From: an uncultured Spirochaetota bacterium | GTDB taxonomy: Bacteria; Spirochaetota; Brevinematia; Brevinematales; JAOACQ01 | Assembly (NCBI GenBank): GCA_963783575.1 | Contig: CAWAOD010000011.1 | Span: 96,001-160,000, forward strand | Direction of reading: 5' to 3' | DNA: 64,000 nucleotides | Shown here: one piece after another, positions 10,881 through 21,745 of the stretch | Layout of the letters: each line of letters starts with the position of its first letter | Numbering within the stretch: position 1 is the first letter of the stretch | Position numbers and translations under genes: made by a program | The notes under the pieces: generated by a model | What the model was told of the DNA's origin: nothing | Databases searched by the model: none | The model's input: the letters and a program-made list of their open reading frames with translations, nothing else

Positions 10881-12539
10881 ATGATCTTTAAAATTAATCC
10901 ACTTAATACCGAGGCCTGGGGAAAACTGAAAAAGCATTACAAAGTAATGAAGAAAAGGAATATGAAAGATCTTTTCAAAAAATCAGGGAATAGGTTTGAG
11001 AATTTTTCAGCCCGGTTTGAGGATATCCTGGTCGACTATTCAAAGAATGTAATAACAAAAAAGACTATGGGTTATCTTTTCAATCTTGCCGAAGAGATGG
11101 AATTGAAAGATTCCATTGAAAAGATGTTTAAAGGCGAAAAGATTAATGAGACTGAAAACCGGGCGGTTCTGCATACCGCATTGAGAAATACTGCCGGTAA
11201 ACCGGTCTTTGTCGATGGAAAAGATGTAATGCCAGGTATAAAAAAGGTCCTGAACCAGATGGAGGCTTTTTCCGGCAAAATAATAAGCGGTGAATGGAAG
11301 GGCTTTACCGGCAAAGCGATTACGGATATTGTGAATATAGGAATCGGGGGTTCCGATCTCGGTCCGGTTATGGTAACAGAAGCATTAAAGCCTTATGCAA
11401 AGCCGAACATCAACCCCCATTTTGTTTCAAATGTTGACGGTACGCATATATCCGAAACTCTGCGGAAATTAAATCCCGAAACAACTCTTTTTATGGTTGC
11501 ATCCAAAACCTTTACAACTCAGGAAACAATGACTAATGCAATGACAGCAAGGGAATGGTTCCTTAAGACCTCTAAAAATGAGGATTTTATCAAAAAACAC
11601 TTTGTTGCCATTTCAACCAATGAAAAAGAAGTGGTGAAATTCGGGATCGATCCTGAAAATATGTTTGTATTCTGGGATTGGGTTGGCGGGCGTTATTCTC
11701 TGTGGTCAGCGATCGGCCTTTCAATTGCCTGCGCAATAGGTTTTGAAGGTTTTAAAGAGCTTCTGGAAGGAGCCGAAGCAATGGATAATCACTTCAGGGA
11801 AACTTCTTTTGAGAATAACATTCCTGTGATTCTGGCTTTGATCGGAATATGGTACAATAACTTTTTCGGAGCTCAAACGCATGCCATCCTGCCTTATGAC
11901 CAGTATATGCACCGCTTCGCCGCTTACTTCCAGCAGGGTGACATGGAATCTAACGGTAAATCCGTTGATAAATCAGGCAAAAAGGTAACTTATGAAACAG
12001 GCCCTATTATCTGGGGAGAACCGGGAACAAACGGCCAGCATGCCTTTTATCAATTGATCCATCAGGGAACAAAATTGATTCCCTGTGATTTTTTAGCCCC
12101 GGCTGTAAGCCATAATCCTATCGGGGACCACCACCTTAAATTGTTATCAAACTTTTTCGCCCAGACGGAAGCTTTAATGAATGGAAAAACTGAAGATGAG
12201 GTTTATGATGAGCTTAAAATATCCGGAAAAAGTGCGGAAGAAATAAAAAAACTGGTTCCCTTTAAGGTATTTTCAGGCAACAAGCCGTCAAACTCGATTT
12301 TATTCAAAAAACTAACTCCCAGAGTCCTTGGAAGTCTTATTGCAATGTATGAGCATAAAATATTTGTACAGGGTACGATTTGGAATATTTTCTCTTTCGA
12401 CCAGTGGGGTGTGGAACTTGGTAAGCAACTCGCCAATAAGATACTTCACGACCTGGCAGAAGGGGGAAAAATAACCACCCATGATTCCTCTACAAACGGC
12501 CTTATAAACTCATATAAAAAGATTCGAGATACTCATTAA
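10881..12539 (+). CDS. pgi: Glucose-6-phosphate isomerase
   Basis: [30 protein letters not shown]. Confidence 0.98.
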   Translation: MIFKINPLNTEAWGKLKKHYKVMKKRNMKDLFKKSGNRFENFSARFEDILVDYSKNVITKKTMGYLFNLAEEMELKDSIEKMFKGEKINETENRAVLHTALRNTAGKPVFVDGKDVMPGIKKVLNQMEAFSGKIISGEWKGFTGKAITDIVNIGIGGSDLGPVMVTEALKPYAKPNINPHFVSNVDGTHISETLRKLNPETTLFMVASKTFTTQETMTNAMTAREWFLKTSKNEDFIKKHFVAISTNEKEVVKFGIDPENMFVFWDWVGGRYSLWSAIGLSIACAIGFEGFKELLEGAEAMDNHFRETSFENNIPVILALIGIWYNNFFGAQTHAILPYDQYMHRFAAYFQQGDMESNGKSVDKSGKKVTYETGPIIWGEPGTNGQHAFYQLIHQGTKLIPCDFLAPAVSHNPIGDHHLKLLSNFFAQTEALMNGKTEDEVYDELKISGKSAEEIKKLVPFKVFSGNKPSNSILFKKLTPRVLGSLIAMYEHKIFVQGTIWNIFSFDQWGVELGKQLANKILHDLAEGGKITTHDSSTNGLINSYKKIRDTH

Positions 12540-12573
12540 TGCTGATCCGGCAATGGAAAAACCCGGCACTCAG

Positions 12574-13236
12574 TCATGCCGCTCTTTTTGTTCTCCCAGG
12601 TGAAAAGCATTCTTCTTTGTCTTTTAGGGCATTCCGGTAATTTATCTCGGCCTGTTTCCAGTTGATTACTTTCCAGAAAGCCGTTATATAGTCGGCCCTC
12701 CGGTTTTGATAGCTCAAATAGTAGGCATGTTCCCACACATCCAATCCGATAACGGGGAACAATTCTTCCAATAAAGGACTATCCTGATTTGGAGTTGAAT
12801 GGACTGTCAGTTTACCGAAAGCATTTAGAGACAGCCAGGCCCATCCCGAACCAAAACGCTTAACAGCGGCATCTTCGAAAAGTTTTTTGAATCCGTCCAA
12901 AGAACCGAAACTTGATGCTAGAATCTCTTCGAAATCTGAACTTGGGGAACTTTCAAACTCACTTCCAAGAAGTTTCCAGAAAAGCGAATGATTGAAATGA
13001 CCTCCTCCATTATTTCTGACTTCATCCCTAATGTCTTCAGGAACACTTCGCAGGTTCATAAGCAGCTTTTCGATAGTTTCATCGTAAAGAGCAGGATATT
13101 TATCAAGAGCTGCATTCAGTTTGCTAACATATGCCGCGTGGTGTTTGTCATGGTGTATTTCCATGGTCTTTGCATCAATATATGGTTCCAGGGCATTGTA
13201 TGCGTACGGTAAATCCGGTACTGTAAATTTATTCAT
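12574..13236 (-). CDS. sodA: Fe/Mn superoxide dismutase (NGGGH suggests Mn type)
   Basis: HHDKHH, NNGGGHFNHS, FGSGWAWL, DVWEHAYY; start placed at 13236 after GAGGAG. Confidence 0.93.
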   Translation of the reverse strand: MNKFTVPDLPYAYNALEPYIDAKTMEIHHDKHHAAYVSKLNAALDKYPALYDETIEKLLMNLRSVPEDIRDEVRNNGGGHFNHSLFWKLLGSEFESSPSSDFEEILASSFGSLDGFKKLFEDAAVKRFGSGWAWLSLNAFGKLTVHSTPNQDSPLLEELFPVIGLDVWEHAYYLSYQNRRADYITAFWKVINWKQAEINYRNALKDKEECFSPGRTKRAA

Positions 13237-13393
13237 AAACTCTCCTCTCATCGCTTACCGTAATTCTGTAAAAATTCCCTTCGGAACATTCGGCATTGAA
13301 GCGATGATTTATATTTCATGAAATTTCTCTTACATTTTAAATATATTAAAATAAAATAAAATCGGCAAGATTAAGGCATTAAAATGTTTTTTC

Positions 13394-14938
13394 TCAAACT
13401 TCCTTTATTTCAAGTATTCTGTCGAGCCTGAACGTTCTGTTTTCATGCCGGTTTTCACAGTATGCCTTTATTCCCTCGAACGGTTTTCCCAGGTATTCCA
13501 TCCGGCCTATTGCAAGCGGACGGATGATCCTGCAGGATTTTTCATCCGAGGCCTTTAAATATACAATTTCAAGCCGTTTACGATTTCTGATGGCGTCTTT
13601 AATTATTTTACGTCTTGATTCCAAGGTAAGTTCTTTTTGTGATCGTAAATACCGGTATTCGGTCATGAATTTCACTACTTCCCAATCCATAAATATATGA
13701 TTTTTCTTAAGAGGCTTTATTAAAATAAGCCCTTCGAGCGAGCGCACGCGGCTTAAAGCAACATAAACCTGTCCCGGTGAAAAAGCCCCCCTTCCTATAT
13801 CAAGGACCATTTTATCAAAGGTTTTACCCTGGGATTTATGTATTGTCAGGGCCCAGGCAAGTTTAATCGGATACTGGATAAAAGACCCGATGATTTCCGT
13901 TGTAACTTTTTGGGATTCTTCATCATATTTGTATTTGAAAATATCCCATTCGAAAGGTTCGACTTCAATAATGTCTCCTTCACGAAGCTCAATACTTATC
14001 GAATCTTTATCCCTGCCGAATTTAACAATACGGCCGATGCTGCCGTTCACCCACCGTCCGCGGGAATCGTTTGTAAGCAGCATAACCTGGGCATTTTTTT
14101 TCAATTCAAGATTCTTTTCGGTAGGGAGATTATTTTCGCTGAAATCACCGGATAATTTTCCTTCAAAAACATATGTTCGTCCGGAAATATTTGAAAGCAT
14201 CTCCAGATTAAGCTTTGAAGCCCGGTCATTACGCGGAGTTAAAGTTATTGTATAATCCGATCCGGATGGGTTGAAGTCCGTATTAACCTTTTCGTTTAAA
14301 AGTTCAAGGTCTTTTTCAGTAACGGTATTATTTCTGATGGCATTGAGAATATTAATAAAATCGCTATCGGTCTGGCGGAATATTTTTTCCAGTTCTAAGA
14401 TTTCCATTTCAAGCGATTGAAATGATTCGGATGAGAAAAAGTATGGTGAAATATAAATTTCCTCGAAACTTTCCTTTTCCGCTGATGTCAGGACCGGAGG
14501 AAGCTGGTAGAGATCACCGAAGAAAACAATCTGTTTCCCTCCGAAGGGTTTATCCGGTGAGCAGGCGGTTCTTAGAAAACCGTCGGCATAATCAAGAAGA
14601 TCGGCCCTCAGCATTGATATTTCGTCGATAATTATTATATCCAGACTGTTGTAAATCTGTTTTTCTTTTTTGCTGATTTTTACAGCAGTTTTTTTTGCGG
14701 TTTCCTCAGTTATATCAGGCTTGAAATGAAAAAATGAATGAAAAGTCTGTCCTCCGATATTAAGGGCCGCAACACCTGTGGGTGCGAGAACGGCAACAGT
14801 TTTTTTTGTGTTTTCACAAAAATAACGTAGTAGCGTGGATTTTCCGGTACCGGCTTTTCCCGTGATAAAAATATTTTTATCAGTATATTCCATTTTATTG
14901 AAACATTTCTCGAAATCAGGGGTTAATTCAATATTCAT
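13394..14938 (-). CDS. Pif1-like SF1B helicase with C-terminal WYL domain
   Basis: GKAGTGKS, IIDEISM, GDLYQLPPV, TIHKSQG, GQVYVALSR; C-terminal AI...LEIVY...R.I.P...AYC..R.E.RTFRLDRI is WYL-like. Confidence 0.88.
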   Translation of the reverse strand: MNIELTPDFEKCFNKMEYTDKNIFITGKAGTGKSTLLRYFCENTKKTVAVLAPTGVAALNIGGQTFHSFFHFKPDITEETAKKTAVKISKKEKQIYNSLDIIIIDEISMLRADLLDYADGFLRTACSPDKPFGGKQIVFFGDLYQLPPVLTSAEKESFEEIYISPYFFSSESFQSLEMEILELEKIFRQTDSDFINILNAIRNNTVTEKDLELLNEKVNTDFNPSGSDYTITLTPRNDRASKLNLEMLSNISGRTYVFEGKLSGDFSENNLPTEKNLELKKNAQVMLLTNDSRGRWVNGSIGRIVKFGRDKDSISIELREGDIIEVEPFEWDIFKYKYDEESQKVTTEIIGSFIQYPIKLAWALTIHKSQGKTFDKMVLDIGRGAFSPGQVYVALSRVRSLEGLILIKPLKKNHIFMDWEVVKFMTEYRYLRSQKELTLESRRKIIKDAIRNRKRLEIVYLKASDEKSCRIIRPLAIGRMEYLGKPFEGIKAYCENRHENRTFRLDRILEIKEV

Positions 14939-15298
14939 GAGATATCTCCCTTTTATTATTTGTTTTACCGTAAAGCCACGGTAATGGGGCTTTCTTCCTT
15001 CTTTCTGAATTGGTCAGAAATATCTCAGGGCAGGCCCTGGCTTTATGTGTCGGTCACGGTGTCCCTGCCGTGAAATGACTTAAACATTACTTGTTATTTT
15101 ACATGAATAACAACGATTTTAGTAATAAGATTATTTTTTAACCTAACAAAAACTCAATCAGAGATGGTACTCATGCTGCGGGTGGGGGGGCAAACAAATG
15201 TTAGATTTATCCTCAGCATCTCATGAGCTTCAAGTAGCATTTTTGCGGCAAAACCGGCTCAGTTTGTCAAATTAAACAAGGATCAAACATCATGTTTG

Positions 15299-16840
15299 TT
15301 AAAAAACGTCCTTGAAATCAAAGCCGATATACAAATAATCGCTTGATGGATTGCTCCTGAGCAGTGACGACAGCTTTATTCCAATGTCGAACCTGATTAC
15401 GGCCCCGTTGCCGCCGAAGCTTTCGGGATAAAGCCTGAGGCCGGTTCCAAGGGTATATATTGTGTTTGTTATGGAAAACTGCCCCCCATCTTCGGTGCCG
15501 TTGCCGAAATCGAAAAAAATGGGCGTATAAATATACAAACCGGTCGGCCAGGTAAGCTTGAAAATATACGGCCTGAACTCGGAATTACCGAAAATCAGGT
15601 AGTTGCCGCGTATTTCACCGAGCTGAATCCCCCTGACGTCGCTTGAACTTAAAGGTTTCTCAAATCCTGGACTTATGAATGCCGTTATAATATAACCCCA
15701 ATCCGTTCTGCTCCAGAGTTTAAATAAATTTTCGTTAATAATCTCCACCTGCGGTGTTCCGTTCAATGGAGAAATTCCAACTTTGATACGGCTTCGGTTT
15801 CCCCATATTTCTCCTGCATCATAGTTTATTGTGCCTAATTCGATTCCCGGGCCTATATACCAGGCCGTAATATTTTGAGGCTGTTTACCGGCTGTGTTAA
15901 GTTCAACTGTGTTGGTCTGTAAATTTAAAGTAGAGTCGATATAAACCGATAAATCGGTACCATAATGTGGAAATTTCTTACCCACCTGATTTTCATTAAT
16001 TAAATCAATTGTCCTTGCCCGGTATGTTACATTAATACCATCAAATTGCGAATCTATAAAATCCTGGTAGGAAAAATTCAGATTAATGAAATATAAACTG
16101 CCGAATAACTTTGGATATTGATAATTTACAGATATATATTTGAGATCGGGCCCGGAAACATATTTAGCATTCAGCTCAAGCCATTGATTCAATCCGAAAA
16201 GATTACTTTCCTCAAGGATAAAAACAAAACCGTTCCCATCCTTATTATCGTAATAATAATACGGCACGGGGAACAATGTCCATTTATCAACTGCTGTAAT
16301 TGCAATATCAGCTGGAATCGGTTCTGATGATTGATAATTAGTATCCGTTACTATTGTATATTGAACAAGAACCTGCGAGAAATTGCCTATATTTTTCAGA
16401 TTCTGCATACAATTGGATACGGCCGATTCCAATACGTCTTTCGAAACATTATCTCCCTCATTTAAGGGAAATTCCTGCCTTATTATAAAATCTTTTGTTC
16501 TTGTATTGCTGATGACGCTGATTTTTCTTATAATATATTCCTTTCCGAATATTGCTCCTGAAAAAAGAATAAATAAAATAGATTCTATAATAATAATTTT
16601 AACAAGCGTGCCCTGTTTGCCGTCTACCTGCCGGAGATCCGGCGTAGGCAGGCTGCTTGACCCAGGTGTAGATTCCTTACGCAACAAAGTTGCGTATAGC
16701 TCTGCGGAGTTTATCCCGAGCACCGTTGAGGGGTTTCCTCTAGAAGATGCTTCCAGTTGCGATGCACTGAGTTTATCGAAGTGTTCTGACTTTAATACCT
16801 CAAGGCTTTGCCTTAAGGATTCTTTATTCAATCCCGGCAT
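15299..16840 (-). CDS. POTRA/BamA-TamA family outer membrane protein; N-terminal ~80 aa overlap repeat DNA
   Basis: POTRA-like SNTRTKDFIIRQE...NLKNIGNFSQV, ESNLFG, VRG, terminal Phe; hydrophobic signal-like segment only after residue ~80; AGGAG RBS before ATG 16840. Confidence 0.7.
   Translation of the reverse strand: MPGLNKESLRQSLEVLKSEHFDKLSASQLEASSRGNPSTVLGINSAELYATLLRKESTPGSSSLPTPDLRQVDGKQGTLVKIIIIESILFILFSGAIFGKEYIIRKISVISNTRTKDFIIRQEFPLNEGDNVSKDVLESAVSNCMQNLKNIGNFSQVLVQYTIVTDTNYQSSEPIPADIAITAVDKWTLFPVPYYYYDNKDGNGFVFILEESNLFGLNQWLELNAKYVSGPDLKYISVNYQYPKLFGSLYFINLNFSYQDFIDSQFDGINVTYRARTIDLINENQVGKKFPHYGTDLSVYIDSTLNLQTNTVELNTAGKQPQNITAWYIGPGIELGTINYDAGEIWGNRSRIKVGISPLNGTPQVEIINENLFKLWSRTDWGYIITAFISPGFEKPLSSSDVRGIQLGEIRGNYLIFGNSEFRPYIFKLTWPTGLYIYTPIFFDFGNGTEDGGQFSITNTIYTLGTGLRLYPESFGGNGAVIRFDIGIKLSSLLRSNPSSDYLYIGFDFKDVF
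16595..16722. repeat. Dispersed palindromic repeat, copy B (inside an ORF)
   Basis: Shares AATTTTAACAAGCGTG with copy A, the 33-bp core, and ~76 bp (16647-16722) with copy C at 3 mismatches. Confidence 0.9.
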
Positions 16841-16917
16841 TAAGGATTCTCCTGGTAAGAATGGTGTTTTTATAATTTCCGGCTGATGAAGGAAATTTGA
16901 ATATTGACTTTTAACAA

Positions 16918-17550
16918 TTATTTAAAAATATCTCCGGTTTCTTTATACCAGAGTACAAAATCGAGGTAAATCATCGGTATGCCTATCTTATCAGAGAAAA
17001 CGGCCATCTTTTTCTCTATTTCATAATAATTTTTTCCCGATAAATTCATCGTTTCTTCCGGAAGCACTCCGGTCCGTACAAGATTCCTGACAATATGCCT
17101 GTCAAGGATCGCAATGTCATTTCCATAACCGGTGTTTCTTAAAAAATGGCTTGCCTCTTTAAAACCCATACCTTTGACATTATCAATAAGCCATTCTCTT
17201 TTTTCATAAACCGTAGGAATATTAGACAGAATAGCTTTTACAGCCGGTTTTCCGTTAATTGCGCAGGTTTTCCTGGCTTCAATAATATAATTTGCTTTAT
17301 GATTTCTGAATCTCACAATATTCAGCACTTTCGAAAGATCTTCCGCGTTCCCTGAAAATATAAGGTTTTTTGATTTAAGCAGGTTAACCGCTTTTTCTGC
17401 CTGCCTTGCTTTTGTCTGTGGGGTTAAAAGGCAGAATACCAGTTCAGTAAAATGTTCTTCTTCCGTTTCCGATTTGATTTTATCGAATACAGCCAGTCTT
17501 TCGTCTATCCTGTCTTTAATTTTTATATAAATACTAATAATTTCATTCAT
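16918..17550 (-). CDS. ogg: 8-oxoguanine DNA glycosylase / N-glycosylase-DNA lyase (Ogg2-like)
   Basis: ELVFCLLTPQT, VRFRNHKA, VKGMGFKEASHFLRNTG, AILDRH. Confidence 0.88.
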   Translation of the reverse strand: MNEIISIYIKIKDRIDERLAVFDKIKSETEEEHFTELVFCLLTPQTKARQAEKAVNLLKSKNLIFSGNAEDLSKVLNIVRFRNHKANYIIEARKTCAINGKPAVKAILSNIPTVYEKREWLIDNVKGMGFKEASHFLRNTGYGNDIAILDRHIVRNLVRTGVLPEETMNLSGKNYYEIEKKMAVFSDKIGIPMIYLDFVLWYKETGDIFK

Positions 17551-17837
17551 AAAGTTTTTTCCAAAATATTATCAATATAATTTGCAGTATTTTTTAATAT
17601 TGACAATAAATATAGCATACAAGATTTATTCTTTCAAATTATGAATTAAATGCTTGTCCAGCTTTATTAAAGTTTATCAAAAACACATTTTCTAATAAGC
17701 TGTCAAATCAGAAATTATTGATACATGGCTCGAAAAACAAAATTGCCCGTGGAATATACTGAATAATGGATTTTTTCAGTCAGCACAAAAATATTCTTTG
17801 ATAGTGATGTAATACCCTACCGTTATTTAATATTATA

Positions 17838-18290
17838 TTAGTCATCATCATCATCTTCATCTTTAGCGCCGGCTTTTTTTAAAATATCAATGATTGTGGA
17901 ATCTTCGGCTAATGATAAAGCCGTACTTTCATCCTCTGCTACAGCATTGACATCAGCTTTTGCTGCGATCAACCTTTTAATTTCCTCGGTTTGAATTTCT
18001 AATGAGTTTGTATTTTCATTGTATACCGCAACCATCAAAGCTGTCCAGCCGTCTTTAGTCTTGGCATTAACATCAGCTTTTGCAGTAATCAATGCATTAA
18101 CCGCCTTTATTTGACCATAGTAGGCCGCTTCCATCAATGCAGTGCTTCCATCATTTTCCAACGGCTGGTTTAAATCCCCCTTGTAATTTTCAATAAACGT
18201 AACATCACCATCTGTGGCGGCATCTAGCAAATTCTCAGCAAAAGTCAAAACCGGGACCGTGAGTAGAAGAAAAATCAGAATTCTTTTCAT
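17838..18290 (-). CDS. Exported ankyrin-repeat protein
   Basis: Signal peptide; GSTALMEAA, GWTALMVAV and ADVNA repeats; acidic tail. Confidence 0.88.
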   Translation of the reverse strand: MKRILIFLLLTVPVLTFAENLLDAATDGDVTFIENYKGDLNQPLENDGSTALMEAAYYGQIKAVNALITAKADVNAKTKDGWTALMVAVYNENTNSLEIQTEEIKRLIAAKADVNAVAEDESTALSLAEDSTIIDILKKAGAKDEDDDDD

Positions 18291-18988
18291 AGAAATCCTC
18301 CTTAAAATTTAACGTATTGTCAAAAGTTTTGATTTAATAATACTTTATCTATATCAAATCAAAGCAAGTATAGTATTCAAAACGACCTCCCACCATTTTT
18401 GGCATGCTTCCAGTATAATTTGTGTTTCTGAACAGTCCCCAATTTCAAGGATTGTAAGGAAATACAAATTTGTATCTATAATCAGAAAATTTAGAATTCT
18501 ATATTTTTTTCATAAAACTTTTGACACTACCATATTTTCATGACTTTAAAGAATGATTATATGGAGTCATCTTAAAAAGAGAAATACTAAAAAGCATAGG
18601 ATTTAGAATATTATATTAAATCTGGTAATATTATGCAAGTTTAAAATTATTTAGCGTGATTAGCATTTTCCAGTTACAAACTTTTTCATACATTATATAT
18701 GTTAGATGATTAATTGAGAGTAGTCTTAAGATGTCCTATAATTACTTTACTTTTTTTTTAAAGCAATGCGAACTTCATTCGCCAAGCCCAGGTAACCTTG
18801 GGAGCACGGATGCTCCTTGATAGCTTCTGTTTTACTACACAGGCTGCCGAATCTTCGATTCGGCAGCGCAACGGTTGCGCCTAGAACCTTACAAAATGTC
18901 CTAGCCAGAACACGAATATGATAACGATGATATGCAGGATCCACCATCCCGGTTTAAATAATAATATTCTTTTCACTTTAAGCCTCCG

Positions 18989-19504
18989 TTATTTCCATAA
19001 AAAATGGCCGATGGAATAAACAATACCGATAACTATAAGATGCACTCCCCAGAAACCTAAATTCGGGTATCTTAAAAACCTGCCTTTATGCCTGGGTGTA
19101 TCCATATTATTAATATTGGTCAAATCCAGTTCAAAAATAAGTTTACCTATGAAAAAGGCCGTCCACAGTATAAAAATATCCGATAAAAGAGTGCCGGAGA
19201 ACAGTGTTACAATATTCATCTGTTTCGGCAGGTGGGCAAGAGAAAATTGCGCCATACTTATAGTACCGATTATCGCGATTACTCCATTCGCCAGGTAGGC
19301 GTAAGGAGTAAGCCTTTTGGAACAGAACAAAGCCGGGATGATTATTATGCTTATAATCCCTGCGATGAAAGGCACATAATTCACAATGCCGCTCTGTAAC
19401 GGGTGAGTCCTGTAATGCAGTAAAAATCCGCCCAATGATATCGAAACAAGGCTAACAATAAGGGTAATCTTCAAATATTTCTTTTGTGTCATTTTTACCT
19501 CCAA
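18989..19504 (-). CDS. Hypothetical membrane protein, last gene of the oxidase operon
   Basis: About 5 hydrophobic segments; co-oriented just downstream of ctaB. Confidence 0.7.
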   Translation of the reverse strand: MEVKMTQKKYLKITLIVSLVSISLGGFLLHYRTHPLQSGIVNYVPFIAGIISIIIIPALFCSKRLTPYAYLANGVIAIIGTISMAQFSLAHLPKQMNIVTLFSGTLLSDIFILWTAFFIGKLIFELDLTNINNMDTPRHKGRFLRYPNLGFWGVHLIVIGIVYSIGHFLWK

Positions 19505-19525
19505 TATACTTTCATTATTATCATG

Positions 19526-20396
19526 TTATTTCAGCGAATCAATTACAAGCATTGACAGGATCAGGGCCTGATAAATATATATCGACCGGAATGCGGAACC
19601 GAAGTTAATGTTATTATTCTTTCGATAAATAATACGGCAGAAATAAATTATGATGAACCCGTTTAATGTAATAAGTGTTCCGATTCCGATAATGCCGGTT
19701 ATGATATGAAATAAAGGAAAAACCAATGTGCTTATTGAAGAACTTAATAACCATAAAAAAATAATTGTTTTAACCCACTTTTCATTCGATGTTTTAAAAA
19801 ATGACGGAAAACCCGCGGTATTATACTCATCTTTAAACCGCTGTAAAATAAGAAGGAAATGAGGTATCTGCCATAGATATATGAATAATGCAATAAACAG
19901 GATTACCGGCTCAAACAAATTTCCTCCCGCTGCTGTCCAGCCTATCATCGGGGGAATGGAGCCAGTCAGCGCTCCGGCCAGAACAGCATATCCGGTCTTC
20001 TTTTTTAATGGCGTATAAACTGCATTGTAGCAAATAATGTTGACCGTTCCAAGAATCGCCGATAAAAACGTATTGCCAAAAAAAAGGAGAAAAAAGCCTG
20101 TCAATCCGAACAAAAATGTTAATAAAAGAGCTGTTCCGGGTTTAATCATTCCTGATGGAAGAGGCCGTTTCATTGTTCTATTCATAAGGGCATCCTGATC
20201 CCTCTCCTGATACTGGTTCAGCGTTGAGGCTGCTGACGACAGCAAGAATATTCCGGTAAGCATAAAAAAAGCCTTCCTGTTTAAGCCATGACCTGTAAAT
20301 CAGAAAGCCGGCCAGTGCGGAAAAAGAGACTGCAATGGATAGCGGCAGGCGGGTCAGCATAAATAATACTTTGAAATATGATTTTAATCTTGCCAT
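19526..20396 (-). CDS. ctaB: Protoheme IX farnesyltransferase (heme O synthase), frameshift near 20270
   Basis: LNQYQERDQDALMNRTMKRPLPSG, YTPLKK, WQIPHF; the N-terminus MARLKSYF is in another frame. Confidence 0.88.
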
Positions 20397-20478
20397 AATC
20401 TTCACCTTTCTATACCTCCCCTCCAAGGAGGTGAAATTATTAAACCATTTATTGTCATTTTTGTATCCATTTTTATTG

Positions 20479-21396
20479 TTATTTCAACTTTTTTAAATAC
20501 TCGATAATTTCATTTATTTCTTTGTCAGAAAGAATATCCTTTCCCGGCGGCATTATATTCGGATAACCGTCAACAATGTCGGCACCCGGGTTAATAATTG
20601 ATTCCTTAATATAATTACTATCCGCTGTTATTGTACGCTCTTTTCCGGCTGTCCTAACCCTTACTTTTGAACCGTATAAATTAAGGAATGTCGGGCCGCT
20701 CATCCGTGAACCGTCGATAGAGTGACAGGACATACAGCCTCGCTCTATAAGAAGTTTTTGTTCATCGGGCATACTTGCAGTCTGCACTTTTCCCGGAAGG
20801 CTGATATTTCCCCCTTTAAGCCAGCTGTCGAATTGATCCGGAGGCACAACAATAAGTAACGCCCTCATATCCGAATGCCTAAGCCCGCAATATTGGGAAC
20901 ATAAAATGTCGTAACTTCCTGTGGTTACAGCATTGAACCATGCCTGTGTTTTGATTCCCGGCACAACATCCTGCTGGATACGGAAGGCCGGGACATAAAA
21001 GCCATGGATTACATCATCCGAAGTGAGATCGCATCTGACATCCTTTCCAAGGGGAACGACAAGATCCGGACTCTTTTTGCCGTTATTATACTCAAAAAGC
21101 CAGGACCACTGCCTGGCATGTACCTTCACCAGGATTGAGTCAGCCGGAGTACTTCGGAGAAACCGGAAACCGGTAAGCCCATAAAGAAACATCGTCAAAG
21201 CAAGAAGAGTAGGGACGATTACCCATATTGCTTCGAGAATATTACTTGATCTTACTTCAACGGGAACAGGGTTTCTCGATTTACGGTAACGTATGGCAAA
21301 GTAAATCATAAAAAAAACAATGAGAAATAAAAAGAGTACAGAAAAAGCAAGTATATAAATTAATGCGCCGTTTACAACCGAGGTTGACGTGGACAT
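20479..21396 (-). CDS. ctaC: Cytochrome c oxidase subunit II with fused cytochrome c
   Basis: LEAIWVIVP, QWSW, DVIHGF, CuA motif CSQYCGLRHSDM, C-terminal CMSCH. Confidence 0.93.
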   Translation of the reverse strand: MSTSTSVVNGALIYILAFSVLFLFLIVFFMIYFAIRYRKSRNPVPVEVRSSNILEAIWVIVPTLLALTMFLYGLTGFRFLRSTPADSILVKVHARQWSWLFEYNNGKKSPDLVVPLGKDVRCDLTSDDVIHGFYVPAFRIQQDVVPGIKTQAWFNAVTTGSYDILCSQYCGLRHSDMRALLIVVPPDQFDSWLKGGNISLPGKVQTASMPDEQKLLIERGCMSCHSIDGSRMSGPTFLNLYGSKVRVRTAGKERTITADSNYIKESIINPGADIVDGYPNIMPPGKDILSDKEINEIIEYLKKLK

Positions 21397-21427
21397 AACT
21401 TATTTTCCTCCTTACCGGCTTATTATA

Positions 21428-21745
21428 TCAGCGGGTAATTACATCGGAATAAGTGAGGCCGATGAATATTGCCAGCAGTATTATTGTCAGCGGTATAAGA
21501 ATTAGTATAAGAATCCTTTTCTCATAGCGCAAATGCATAAAATAGAGAAGTACAAGCGTGGATTTTACTGCCGCTATCGCGAGGCATATGATGATGGCGA
21601 TCCTTCCCAGGTTGAGACTTGCCGCTGTTACAGTAATAAAAGTGAAAATTATCAGAGCCGTCCAGACTGAGATGTAAGTTCCAAAGCCCGGTTCCTTATG
21701 CCCGGCGGCTTTTTTTTCATTTATTGCAGCATCTTTAATTTCCAT
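21428..21745 (-). CDS. ctaF: Cytochrome c oxidase subunit IV
   Basis: IAAVKSTLVLLYFMHLRYE; own GGAGGA RBS before ATG 21745, but in-frame with the subunit III tail. Confidence 0.8.
   Translation of the reverse strand: MEIKDAAINEKKAAGHKEPGFGTYISVWTALIIFTFITVTAASLNLGRIAIIICLAIAAVKSTLVLLYFMHLRYEKRILILILIPLTIILLAIFIGLTYSDVITR

Noticed and set aside
18747..18947. 66-aa ORF
   Set aside because: No recognisable motif or RBS; it runs through a palindrome-rich tract.
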